Assembly: GCF_009914755.1 (NCBI RefSeq)
Contig: NC_060942.1
DNA length: 64,000 bases
Reading direction: 5' to 3' (one strand)
Source: the human T2T-CHM13v2.0 reference genome, Homo sapiens
In this document: piece by piece, positions 27,801-39,800 of the stretch
Numbering within the stretch: the first letter of the stretch is position 1
Layout of the letters: every line of letters begins with the position of its first letter
The notes under the pieces: model-generated
What the model saw: only the letters and a program-made list of their open reading frames with translations
The model's database searches: none
What the model was told of the DNA's origin: nothing
Program-made: the position numbers and the translations under genes

Positions 27801-28554
27801 CTTAACTGAGAGAATCTGATTCGGGGAAAGCAGGGAGAGGAGCAGCTCCCCCTGCTACTGGAGGGTTGGGAGGAAGCTGCTTCTCTCTATATAGAGACCT
27901 CATCAAACTGACCCCAAATTAAATGAACTGGAGCTGATAAAGTACACCCAGTTATGCCAGGATTATGACTTTAGGACTTTTTCAGGAGGCAACTTTTTCC
28001 TCCCATTGCCATTTAGGGTAATAACAACCAAATAAAATAAAATCCAACTTATTAAAATCTGAGCTGATTATTTTACTTCCGAAACCAGCTCTTCCCACCT
28101 TCGTCATTTTTTCTCCCAAAGAGACTGGCATCCTACTTGTCACCTGTAGGCACCAAGCTATGACTGCCCTCCTTCCCTTAAGCCAGCAACTTCCCACCTC
28201 CCAAGCATTTTGTTTATTGAGGACTTGGGGATCAGGCTCATAACCACATAGCCACATAGGTAACCTGTGCATAACCTGGGCTTGCAAATGCCAGACGCTT
28301 CTATTTTTTCCCTATAATTATTGCAGTAAACCTTAACCATAATTCTCTATATTAGAGAATAGTCACCAAATGTCCTTTTCGAGTTCATATTTCTCCAGTT
28401 GTGTTATAAACATGTGTTTCGGTTTGTTCTGTTTATCATTTGTTTGCACCAGGATCCAAAGAAGCCCCAGGCATCGTAGATCGCTTTGCTCTTGAAGGAT
28501 CTCTGATTCTGTAGGTTATCCCTCCATATCTATTTCCCCTCCCTCCCTCTTCCT

Positions 28555-28590
28555 GTCGTCGTCGTCGTCGTCGTCTCCTCCTCCTCCTCC
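28555..28590 (+). repeat. Compound microsatellite (GTC)7(TCC)5
   Basis: Pure GTC x7 at 28555-28575 followed by TCC x5 at 28576-28590. Confidence 0.95.
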
Positions 28591-29221
28591 CCCTTCTCCC
28601 TTTTGTGACTTTGGGTGGAGGGGTCTGGCTTGCTTGTTCTGCAGTTTCCGTACTCTGGATTTTGCTGGCTGCTTTCCTGTGGAGTCACTGAACGTGCTTC
28701 TCTGTCCCACACCATTCCTGCCACGTGGTAGGTAATGCAGAGGTCTGGGGAGACTCAGGTGTGAACGCTGTGTGTGTGAAACTACCGCCTCGGTACAGCT
28801 CTTCCATCAGGAGCACATTGTGTCTGCTGGTTTCTTGTGTGATACCGTCAGGCATTTGGGGTTGCAAAACAGTCAACCAAATTCTGTCCTTTTTTCTCAA
28901 GTAATTAGTGGGGATACATCTATAAAGAGAAATTCCCCATCAACGATTTGATTACCCTGAAGTGTATATCATATAGGATTTATTAACTTAAGGATGGGGG
29001 TTCCCTGTCACTCTGCACAGGTGACCACTGAGATTTCCTCTGTGTGTTATGATGAACTGATGAATTGAAATATGTTTGATGTATACACTTAACATTTTTA
29101 GGAACCCCCTCTGCTACACTTGGATAGCCAACTCCCAGGTCGCATCTGGAATTTGGGGATTGTCAATGACCTGTTTAACTCCAGGTTAAACTCCAGGCGT
29201 GCAGGGGCTAAGCCCTCTCCC

Positions 29222-29465
29222 CTTCTCTTCCTTATGATCTTTCTTAACATTTTCTTTTCTCTAGCTTGCTTTATTGTAAGAATGCAATATATCATAAATA
29301 TGACATACAAAATGTGTGTTAATCGACTTCTTATGTTATAGGTAAGGCTTTCAGTCAACAGTAGGCTATTAGTAGTTAAGTTTTCGGGGAGTTGAAAGTT
29401 ATACACAAATTTTCCACCACACGGAGATCACAGCCCCAACCCCCAAATTGTTCAAAGGTCAGCTG
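29222..29465 (+). mobile_element. Tigger2/MER28-family DNA transposon 3' end
   Basis: ttttcttttctctagcttgctttattgtaagaat..gtcaacagtaggctattagtagttaagtttt..ttgttcaaaggtcagctg, the last part being the terminal inverted repeat. Confidence 0.8.
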
Positions 29466-30089
29466 CACATAGTGGACACTCAGAGTGTTGACTGGAGACT
29501 GTTGATCCTTTCTCTGCTGCCTCCCAGCATCCTATGAGCATGGCTGCCAGGTGAACAGTGCCCATGAGGCTCTGTGGTAGACTTGGTGCCTGCCACGGTG
29601 CCTGGCGCATGTAGCATATGGGGCATGGCCCTGTAAATATTTGCTGAGTGTAGGGATGAATATTATTATTTTAGAAAACTCAAGCCTGACCAGAGGATGA
29701 AAAAGGCTTTTGCTTGCAAGGCCTAGTACCTTGCAAGTGGAAGCAGGGATTGAAAATATCCACGTGATGCTGGCAGCCTGCATGAGAAGACAAAGGAAAA
29801 GACTACATAAGGCTGGTGCCCACAAACTGCCTGTCCTTCCCATGTGTGTTTAGACTGCCATAAACACCCAAACCAACCAAAGTAGAAGCCTACTCTGGTA
29901 AGCATTTATTCTGGGACCAGCAGTGTGATAGGCTTTTACTGTGCGTGTGACCAGTCAGGGCTTCCCAGTGCTGCAGCCCTGGAGGGACAGACCTTTGGCC
30001 TCTAAATATCCATCTGCTGTGTAGGAAGGACCAGTCCTGCCAAGCACAGAGGAAATGTGGAGTGCTTCTGGCCGGCCCTAAAGACATGT

Positions 30090-30733
30090 AAGTGTGTGAG
30101 CAGGTGTGAGTCTGTGTGTGTATGCATGAGATGTGAGTATGCCAGAGTGTGTGGGACTGTGTGTGGTATTTGTGCACAAGTATGTGTGAGAATGTGTAGT
30201 TGTGTGCACAAGTGTGTGGGTGTCAGAGAGTGTGTGTGAGTCTGGTGTGTGCATGCATGTGACTCCATGTGGTGTGTGCATGCATGCGTGGGTGTGCCAT
30301 GGGTGGAGTGTGTATGCAGGTGTATGAATATGTCCATGTGTGTGAGGGTGAGTCTGTGGTGCATTTGTGCATGAATGTGCACGTGTGTGTATAAGAGTGC
30401 ATCTGTGTACATGTCTATGTGTGTGTTTGTGCATGTGTGTGTGTATGCGTGAGGGTCTATGGTACATGTATTCATGAGTGTGTGTGCGTGTGTGTGTGAG
30501 AGAGTCTGATGCATTTGTGCATGAGTGTGTTTGCGTGTGTGTGCATGTATGTGTGTAGGTGAGGGTGTGTGATGCATGTGTGTGTGAGAATGTGTAGGTG
30601 CATGTATGTGTGTGGGTGTGTGCATGTGTGGGTGTGTGTGTGTGTGAGGTTGAGTCTCTGGTGCATATGTGCATGAGTGTGTGTGTCTGTGTGTGAGGGT
30701 GAGGCTGTGTGGTGCATGTGTGCATGAGTGTGT
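30090..30733 (+). repeat. ~640-bp degenerate (TG)n/(TGCA)n low-complexity array
   Basis: Continuous alternating purine-pyrimidine sequence with recurring gtgcatgtgtgtg and tgagggtgag(t/g)ctgtg units. Confidence 0.92.
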
Positions 30734-30749
30734 CACCTGGAGTCACCAC

Positions 30750-30936
30750 CACTCACTGCCTGTGGCTTTAGGCAAGTTGTTCAGCCTCTGTGTACCTCGA
30801 TTTTCTCATTTATAAAATGAGGATAATATTGGTATCTCTTTCAAAGGGTTGTTCTGAGGATTTACTGAAATAGTGCAGGACAGGCAATTAGAGTAATACC
30901 TGGCCCACAGTACATGCTCAGTAAGCATCATCTATT
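30750..30936 (+). mobile_element. MIR SINE
   Basis: ggcaagttgttcagcctctgtgtacctcgattttctcatttataaaatgaggataata..gggttgttctgaggattt..cctggcccacagta. Confidence 0.85.
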
Positions 30937-30984
30937 GGAGGGTCCACTGCTTCCTGGGGATTGGAATTAGGTAGGAAGGGAGCT

Positions 30985-31145
30985 GCTGTTTGCCGAGTGC
31001 TCACTGTTTACATGCATCATCTCATTCATCTCTCAAAAGCACCCTAGAAAGGTCATAAGAATGCAGCGCTCAGGGCGGTGGGGTGATTTACTCAGAGTCA
31101 CACAGCCAAGGCGTGCCGCTGCTGGGGTGTTGAACTCAGGCCATG
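30985..31145 (-). mobile_element. MIR fragment, inverted relative to the preceding MIR
   Basis: tttacatgcatcatctcattcatctctca..gtgatttactcagagtcacacagc..ttgaactcagg. Confidence 0.6.
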
Positions 31146-31999
31146 GTTTTGTTTGTCTTTGGAGGTGCTATTTTCCCCTCCCATGGTATTTTTCCAGTAA
31201 GATAGGGATTTACTCATCAGTTCTTAAAAGGCTTGAAGGGCTTGGGTGGTGGGGATCAAACCAACCGTCTTCTGTTCAGAAGGGCCACAGAGGATGATTG
31301 TTTTCAATTGATACATAGTTGACGATTTTTGGTTTCATGCTGGATTTTCAAACAGATTATGAAAAATTAACCTAAGAGCCCCTGTGTGTCAGGGATCATT
31401 GATTCTGTTGATTCCTTGGGATTTCCTCTACAAACTGATAAGCTATCCCTTCTTCGATTGTGTCCTGTCCAGGTAGTACTCGTATGACCCAGAAGCCAGC
31501 TCTCCTCTCTGACTCACTGTCTTGTCAGGAGGATGGAGATGATGACAGCTGCCCTGGGGAGGCGAGAGGCAGCGTGGCTTCAGCATGGGGGCGGCTCTGT
31601 TTCTGCCATCACCATCCCCGCTTCACCTGCTGCGGGCGCCAAGAGCCCGCCTCAGCCACATGTGGGCTTTTAGCCTCTGATCCCCAGTTTCCCTCTGACT
31701 CTTGTCTGAGCGCATTGGCTCCTTCAGCATCTCCAGCTGTGCTGGGAGGGGTGGGGCCTGCCTCGGGGGCCTTCTGGCATTCAGCAGATTGGACTTCCCA
31801 TGTTGACGTTGCTGACTGCAGGGGGTGTGGGTCAGGGGTCTTCCAGGTTGTGGTGTTACCTTGGAGCGAGGCTGGGGTGAGGGGCTCTGGGTTTCCACAG
31901 ACTTAATTCTGGCTGGCCTCCATCAAGGCCATGTTCAATGAATCAGGCTGTTGTGCAGAGCAGCCTGTGTGCTTTGGACAGGGCTCCCCGCCCGCCCCC

Positions 32000-33800
32000 C
32001 CTTTTTTTTGACTTAAAGAATCTATGGCAAAGCAATTACTGACTGTGACAGTGACCCAAGGTGGTATTTAAAACAAGATGTGGAGGGCAATATGCCTCTC
32101 TCTGGGTTCGCCACGGGATCAAGTTGCAGGGGCTGTCACTGGCAACACGCTTCTGCCTGAACGGTTCTGTGGGATGAGCCCCAGGGAGGCGCTGGCAGCC
32201 TCACACCCTCCCCTCCCAGTCCCGCCCCTTGTGTTGGCTGCCTTTGTTTCTCCAAGACGGTTTTCTGATCAATTAAAATCGTGTAGGGTCTTAAATGGTA
32301 ATTCTGCCTTTTCAAATAAACAAAGGCGGAGAACAAATGGGAGGGTAAGTTTTAATAAACCTTAGGCATCATTTCCTCCTGCTGTGACACTAAATTTACT
32401 TGGATAAAAACAACCTCTTAGATTTACATTTTGATTCTGTTACTGCTTTCATGTGTGCGGGGCTGTCCCACTTCAGATGAAATTTATCCACTTCTTTAAA
32501 TATTTAGTAGTCTAGCGTGGATGTTAATGAAAGTCTGGCGGTGCTATTTTGAGAATTGCAACAATGATAGTAATTTTCAGTGTCAGATTCCTGCTTCGCA
32601 AAGGGAAAGAGGGATGGGAGAAGGGGGAGGGAAAAATGGTTTCAGTTCTAATAGAGTTTGCCATCCGCTGGGCCGTGCCAGACAGATGGGTCATGAATAC
32701 TGTCTAGACGCTCTCTGCCTGAGCGAAGCCCTGGTCTCTAAGGACACGCAATGAGACGCCGGCTTAAGTAACTGGGGAAAGTCAGGGCAAGCTCTCCTGT
32801 AACCAGATAGAAATCAACGTGATCCTGCTTCCTGGGGGAGGCCAAGGGGTGGCCGGGAGGATGTAGGGAGAGGGGGTGCTAAGAGAAAAGGCCCGCTGTT
32901 ACTGATCAATTTTAGTGCAAACTTGACAATTATTAGGCATTAGGGAGAGCGTGAAAGGACAGTTGTAGGATGATAACACTATTGATTTAAGCCGTACTGC
33001 CCAGAATGCAGAATGATATATTTCAGACCCAGGCTTCAAAGGCCGGAGAGGAGCTGGGGTGAAAAGGAGGATGTTGTCGTGTGTGCTTAAGACGGGAATG
33101 CAGCCCGCGGGGTGACCTGCGTTAATTGTGTATATTAACACACTCAGCACTGCTCTTGTGGAAACCGTTGGTCTTGACTGTTCATTTAGCCTCTTAATTT
33201 GCAAGGGTTTTAGAGGCTTACCAGGCTTGCTTTCTCTTTTTATGAATTTCTGCGAATTTCTTCATGCTGGGTCTCTTCCGGGCAGCTCCACAACTGGCAG
33301 AGCTGTAGGAAAGCGGGTAAAAAAATCCCCAGCGCCTGCCTGGCTGCGCTTGGGTGCCTGCGTAGTCGTGATGCTTGTCTTCCTAATTATTTTCTGAGTG
33401 GCGGGGATGGAGTTTATGTGATGTCAGAAGTGAGTTTCTGCTCATGAAGACTCCCAGTGTAAGTGTGGTGGGAGTCGGGAAGGAGATATTGAGGTAAAGA
33501 TGAGATTGGGGGGCGGAGGCTGGGGGACCACCGATAAGGCGGGAGGTGACGCAGCAGCTTGCCGTTCGGCTGGGAGGTGCTTTGTCGCTTGGTTTGATGG
33601 CCGCTAATCACGTCTTGGTCTTGAAAAAAATTATCCAAAAGGGTACTACGGTGAAACTTGGAAGGGACCATCTTTGAGTAACTGAAGAAATAAAGCTGAA
33701 GTCTAAAGCTGCCATGAGATACGTCGTGGACTGCAGAGGTGGGTGACCCTCCGAGGGCTGGACTTCTGGATTCATCCTCTGGGCTGGTGCCTCTTTCAGT
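32000..33800. promoter_or_regulatory. Candidate intronic enhancer block (no recognisable repeats, CpG-retaining)
   Basis: No recognisable interspersed repeat over about 1.8 kb, with many retained CpGs. It contains the palindromic SMAD element GTCTAGAC (32702-32709), GCCAGACA (32677-32684) and several TAAT/ATTA homeobox cores. Confidence 0.4.
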
Positions 33801-35184
33801 CATGGCAGCTTTAACATGGGAAAGAAACCCCAACAACCTAAACTTTGCAGTAATCATTTTTTCACTCCTTCATCCATTCTTGTTCTGTCCCAAGAGCTAA
33901 TAACAGAGGGAAAAGAAGATATTTTTTGCTTCCTTCCCAGAAAGAAAACAGAGATCAAAGATAAAAAATATTTTCAAAGTAGACAATCACTGGAGAGGGA
34001 AGAAAGAAATCTTGTTTCAGGAGTTTGCAGTAGTGAGCAGCGAGTGAGTCTGTCCTTTTTCCAGACAGCTCCTAGAAAAATTGCCGTGGTCCTCCGGAAG
34101 GTCCAGCTGTCCTTAGAGGGGCACCTTCTTGCCCTAGACCCTTTGCTTGCTGTTCACACCAGGACCATCCACTCAGGGCAGAAACTTTTCATTCCCTGGG
34201 ATGGCCTGTAGGGAAGGGGCACATGGCAGGGGGCTGGGCTGTGGGTATCAGCACTTCTCCTGCCAGCCATGAGGCCTGGCAGGGGAGCCTTGTGCTAAGT
34301 GACACTTAAAATCTTGGGACCATAAAGTGCATCTCCCCATTTCAGAGACTGGTGGCTCAGTGGGGTGACCCCCAGGCTCATACGTGTGCTTGGGAGAGGA
34401 GAATCTCAGATTGCCCTGCCTCCTTGAGAAAGGCCCCTGTCTTCCTGCGGGCGTGCACCTGTTCCGGAGAGGGCCCCTGAGCCAGGCTGTCTGCTGTGGA
34501 TGGCTCTGCCATGGCGCTATCTCCTTCATCCTTATCTATCTCTTCATTGTTAGTGGAGGGTGTTGGGCATCTGTTATTTGCTTTATTCTAAAAATTCAGA
34601 GAAAAAGGAACTTGAGCTACACTTCAGGCCTTTTACCCTTAGATCTTGGGGGAAGGTCAGCTATGGTTCCAGGTAGGGTGTACCGCCGCAGGCCCTTGCA
34701 TGCCAGCTGTTCTGCCTGTCTGGGTTTGGGCAGGTGGTGGGTTCAGGCCCAACCGCTCTCTCTGTCATGGGGCCGGGGTGGTGGCTGAGCCAATCAAGCA
34801 AAATGATGGACCTTCCATCACGGGATGTAAGCCCGTGTCTTGACTTCACGTGACTTTTTGTGGAAGGACAGCCAAAGGAACACATTACCGAGAGAGTTCG
34901 CTCTTCCATTTGCATAGGCTTTGGAGATAGAAGTGTTGAGTATTGTTTCTTCCTTGGTGAGAGGGGTTGGCATGAACCCAGAATTTTAAATGCCAATCTG
35001 ACCTTAAAAGGCTGGCAGAGACCCTGCCCTTCCAGGCCTACCCGTGCCTCCCACTGAAGCCCCATGAGGCCTCTAGATCAGCGGCTGCTGCCTCCTCTCG
35101 CCCTTCTGGTTCAGTGTCTGCTCTCATGTTAGGAGACGTTAACTGGAAATGACAGGACCTGGGGCCAGTGCAGTTAGCTTCTCT

Positions 35185-35214
35185 CCCCCCACCCCCCCCC
35201 CCCCCCAAAAAAAA
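35185..35214 (+). repeat. C6-A-C15-A8 mononucleotide tract
   Basis: Read directly from the sequence. Confidence 0.9.
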
Positions 35215-36033
35215 CACACAAGATCCCAAGACTGATTAGTTTTCATAAGTTGTTGAAGGAGAAATAGTTGTTGAAAGATTATGTCTGGACAGGGGGCTGG
35301 AGGGTGTTATAGAGAAAACATGTTTGGGGTAGTCACTTGTGGAAAATTATATGCTGAGTAATACAAAACATCCCATCTCTGGGATACTTCATGGAAGGTA
35401 TTTTTCTGAGTATTGAATGCGTGAGAGGCATGGGCTGGGCTCTATGGGCAGGTGCAGGGCTGCAGGGGCTAGGTGACATGGGAGGGTGCAGTGTGTGTGA
35501 GACGGAGGCTTTGCCTCCCAGCTTTGTTCTGTCCAGTGCTAAGTGGTGTCCTTGAGAAGGCCCACAAAGTTGTGGCATGTATCTGCAGTGCCAGTATGCA
35601 GGACAGAAGGAACATCTTACTAAGCCTGGGTGCTCAGGGAGGCCACCATCATGGGCTGGCAGGGTCTGGAGAACCCCTGCTCTTCAGGGGGAGTGTCGTG
35701 GGGAGACGCCTGGGCAGGGATGCCACATAGGCTTGTCATGGAAGCTTGCGGGGAGGGGAGGGCTGACTTTGAGGAGCACCACTAGAAAGGTAGGTGGGGT
35801 CAGATTCTAGAAAGCCAGGGATGTCAGGCCAGATCGCTTTCATTGTCTTTCATGAAGGAAGTCATTGAAGGTTTTTGAGCAAGAGAGGCTACGACACAAA
35901 GCTGTTGTATAGCCGGAAGGTCCTTAGAGATGGCTTAGTTTAGTTCTGCACTCAGGAAAGGAAACTGAAGCCTGAGATTACGTGACCACTTCAAGGTCAC
36001 AAAAATAGTCTTTGGCAGAAGTCCTAATATGTA

Positions 36034-36810
36034 TGTTTCTAGTCTGTCTGGGCTACTATTACCAAATACCATAGACTGTGATATGGTTTGGCTATTTGTC
36101 CCCTCCAAATCTCATGTTGAGATGTAAGCCCCAGTGCTGGAGGTGGGGCCAGGCGGGAGGTGTTTGGGTCATGGGGACGGATTCCTTGTGGCTTGGTGCT
36201 GTCCTTGAGGTAGTGAGTGAGTTCTCACAAGGTCTGGTTGTTCAGGTGTACGGCACCTCCCCCCTCACTCCTTGCTTCTGCTTCCCAGTGTGAGATACCA
36301 GTCCCCTTTTACCTTGCATGATGAGTGGAAGCTCCCTGAGGCTCCCTGGAAGCAGATGTCAACACTATGCCTCCTTATGTAGCCTGCAGAACCCAGAGCC
36401 AATTAAGCCTCTTTTCTTTATAAATTACCCAATCTCAGATATTCCTTTATAGCAATGCAAGAGATGGCCTAATACAGATGGGATGGCTTATAAACAATCA
36501 AAATGTGCATCTTACATGTCTGGAGGCTGGGAAGTCCAGGATCAAGGTGCTGCCGGACTCAGTGTCTGGCGAGGGCTTGCATCCAGGCTCACAGACCGTG
36601 CCTTCTGGCTATGTGCTTACATGGCAGAAGGGGAAGGAAGCACTCTGAGGTCTCTTTCCCATGGGCATGAATCCCAATCCTGAGGGCTCTGCCTTCATGA
36701 CTGAATGCCTCCCAAAGGTCTCACCTCCTAAGCTTGTCACTCAGGGGTTAGGATTTCAACATATGACTTTGCGGGTGGGGAGAGAGTACAAAAACTTTCA
36801 GAGCCTAGCA
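36034..36810 (-). mobile_element. MLT1A-type MaLR solo LTR, split by an MST LTR (pieces 36034-36078 and 36477-36810)
   Basis: ggctactattaccaaataccatagactg|..|gatgggatggcttataaacaa..tctggaggctgggaagtcc..ggttaggatttcaacatatga..cagagcctagca. Confidence 0.85.
36079..36476 (+). mobile_element. MST (MSTA/MSTB) MaLR solo LTR nested in MLT1A
   Basis: TG..CA termini: tgatatggtttggct..aaatctcatgttga..aattaagcctcttttctttataaattaccc..cctaataca. Confidence 0.9.
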
Positions 36811-39800
36811 GTGCTTCCCATTTCTTAGGACAGTTCTCCTTCCACTAGACCCTGTCCTCACACCAACTTGTCAGGTTAGGCAGTGTCAGGGTGGCAGGAG
36901 GAAATCACCCGGAAGGACCCTCCCTTGCAGAGTAGGCAGCCTATGGTGAACGTGGCGTGTGCCCCTGAGAGTAGGGACTGGGCCTAGCTAGGAAGGCTGT
37001 CAGAGGGGCAGGTCCCCAGTAGCTGTGCCTTTGGGATTATGTAAAAAAGGGTTTGGAGGAATCCACATGAAAGCCACAGCAGGAGATGAATAGGGAGGGA
37101 AGTCAGAGTGTGCCCGGCACAGCAGGGTCCCAGTGTGGTGTCCCCAGTTTTGGGGTTCACGGTGGCAGCGGCGGCTCCTGGCCACCCTCCTTGTAGCGCT
37201 TGGAGGATGCAGCGGGTGCAGACTGGGTGCCGTGGAGGGGGGCGAGGAGGAGTCTGGGGCTATCTCCTGGCAGAGGGATAGCTCAGCAAAGGTGGTGGGT
37301 GCACTAGAGAGAGAGGAGGACCCCTGTGAGCAAGTCTCTGCGAGGGTAGGATCGAGCCTAGAGAGTGGAGATGTGGACGGAAGAACTCCAGTGCACAGGA
37401 GGAGACTCTTCTGAAGCTGGAAAGGAGGAAGGCGGGAGTCCTTGCTCCTGGGCAGAGCTGCTGCTATGAGTCAGCCTGGGGCTGGGGAGTTGGAAAAATA
37501 CCGACATAGGAGGGATCTGCAGTCCTGACAGTCAGCATCTTGGTCATGCTCTGCAGTGTTCAAAAGAGCTTTCTGCGTGTATGAACTTCTCTCCACAATT
37601 CCACCAGGTCGCGTGTTTACTAATTGCTAAGTGCTTTACTTGAGTCATCTCATTTAATTGTTAGAACAACCATATGTGATAAGAACTCATCGGACCCCTC
37701 CTTAGGATTAAGGAGGTCAGTGGCAATGAGTCCAGCCTCAGCCTGAGGGGTGACCCCCAGCGAGAACCTCCAGGAAGGCCAGAGGCAACGTCCTGGGGCA
37801 AGTGAGGGGGACCACGGGGGATGCTACATGGAATGCTGCTTTCCAAGTGCAAATGACCAGGGAGAGAAGGGGCACAGAGATGGGCTTGTGCTCTGCTCAG
37901 CATGGGGAGCACCGCAGGGGTGCACATGAGCGAGCGTGAGGTCACGGGATTTGCATCATGTGCAAATGAAATGCAGGAATCACAGGGACAGTCATCGTTT
38001 TAAAAGAAGCAGGACCCCGGTATCTTGCCCTTTGAAAACAGATGATGGTGGACTTTGTTTTGCATTGCTCCTGGTGTGCCTGTGGTTGCATGCACGTGCT
38101 CGCGTTTTGGAAATGAGGAGGCCCGTGAACTGGTGTCCTGCTGTGTGTGAACTTGGGGTGTGAGGTTCGAAAGGAGCAGGACCCTTCATGATGTTTTTCT
38201 TGGAGGCCCAGCCCTGAAACTTGTTTGTGTCATACATGACAATGGATTTGTGCACTTTTTGTATCACAGGAATGAGTTAAAATCAAGAGTCAGCAGCTCC
38301 GCTACTCCGTAGTGACCTTGGTTTATTAACACCTCAAGCCTGGTTTTTCGCAGCTGCCGGCAAGGAAGGCAGGTTTGATCCCTGGAGTCACTTGTGACGC
38401 AAAAAAAAAGCATTCTGAAATGGTGACTTGACCTCTGTTATTAACTTTAATGAGATAAATATTAGATGGAACATTTAGCCAAGAGAGGTGTTTCTTTGTA
38501 AATAGTGTTATTATTTTCAGGTGTCTGAGAGAGACGTTGATCAGGGCATGCGATGTCTTTGAGCCCCCGCTGAGATGAGAGCCCCAGCTCTGAGCAGTGC
38601 CCACCCATCCTCTGCAGGGCGCCCGGTGCTCCACCTGCCCTTCCCTCTGTTGCCCCTCATTACCTCCCAGCCCCGTCCCCAGTACTGCTGTGTAATCTGT
38701 TCAGTGGGGACAATAATGACGCAATGTGTGATCCAGAGTCTAGCACCTCGTGGCGCCTTGATGGAAATAGAAAGCTGTGATCACAGCATTAAAATATGCT
38801 AACAGGCTGCGGGAGCTAATGGGCGCCGTGTTCACACTGCAGATGTTCATTCCGGCGCTGCCGCCGACTGCGGGGACAGAGCCGGAGGCTGCGCCGTGCA
38901 CACCCAGCTTCTCATGGTGGTTTTGTTTATTGCCGGGGTGTTCTCCAAAAGGGGCATCCTGCCTCCTTTATAAGGTGTGCTGTCTTTCTGGCTCTGCGAT
39001 GATATAAGACCCCTTTTTGTCTGACTGTTAGATGCGCAAGCAGACTCAGTGTTCACGTGGAGGGAATGTTAGCAATGATAACAGGGTGCAGTCGTTTGAT
39101 GAAAATAAATTGGATTTTATCCTGTTTGTGGTTAATGTTTATCTAGTTGGAGTTTCTGAGCACTAGAAAGGGGTTCCAAATGCATTGTCTAAATTTGTGA
39201 AAGAATTCCAGTATACCACATTTAAAGGGATGATTTAAGTGCATTATATTAAGTTGTGAATAATATGGAATTTTGAGTGTCTGGCTTGCAGTGCTGTCTT
39301 CCATTTGCTTCCTGGGTCGGCCTGGGAAATGACTCCATTCTCTTCATCATCTTTGCCCTTATTACTAGCCAGGCACCTCACTCCTTATTTTCGTGCTCTT
39401 ACTTTGGGGAAATCCATCGGATGAAACATACACTCAGTGAGTAGACAAGGCAGCCAGAGGCTATCTGCTTACAGGTGGGTGGCTTTGTCCACGCTGAAGG
39501 ATGCCTGTCTCTGCAGAGAGGGTAGCAGCAGGACATGCCTGGCCCGGGATGGCCATCCACCTGAGCCACAGGTCTGGGCACAGGCACAGATGAGCTGGGA
39601 AAGGGGCTGGCCTGGTCCAGACCTGTGGAGGTCAGAGCTGGAGGGCAGAGAGGCACTGTGTTGCTGTGACAGTCCCTGATGAATGGGGATGTGTGGGATG
39701 TCATGTTGCCTTTGGAGATCAGACCACTCCAAGCCCTCAGCAGCAGCCTTGGTCCTGATGTGTTCATTCATCAGGCATCCCACTTGGCTGCGCACAGTGC

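Noticed and set aside
30002-30752. His/Thr-rich 244-aa and 224-aa ORFs on the minus strand
   Set aside because: Translation artefacts of the (CA)n-like array, which cannot easily encode stops.
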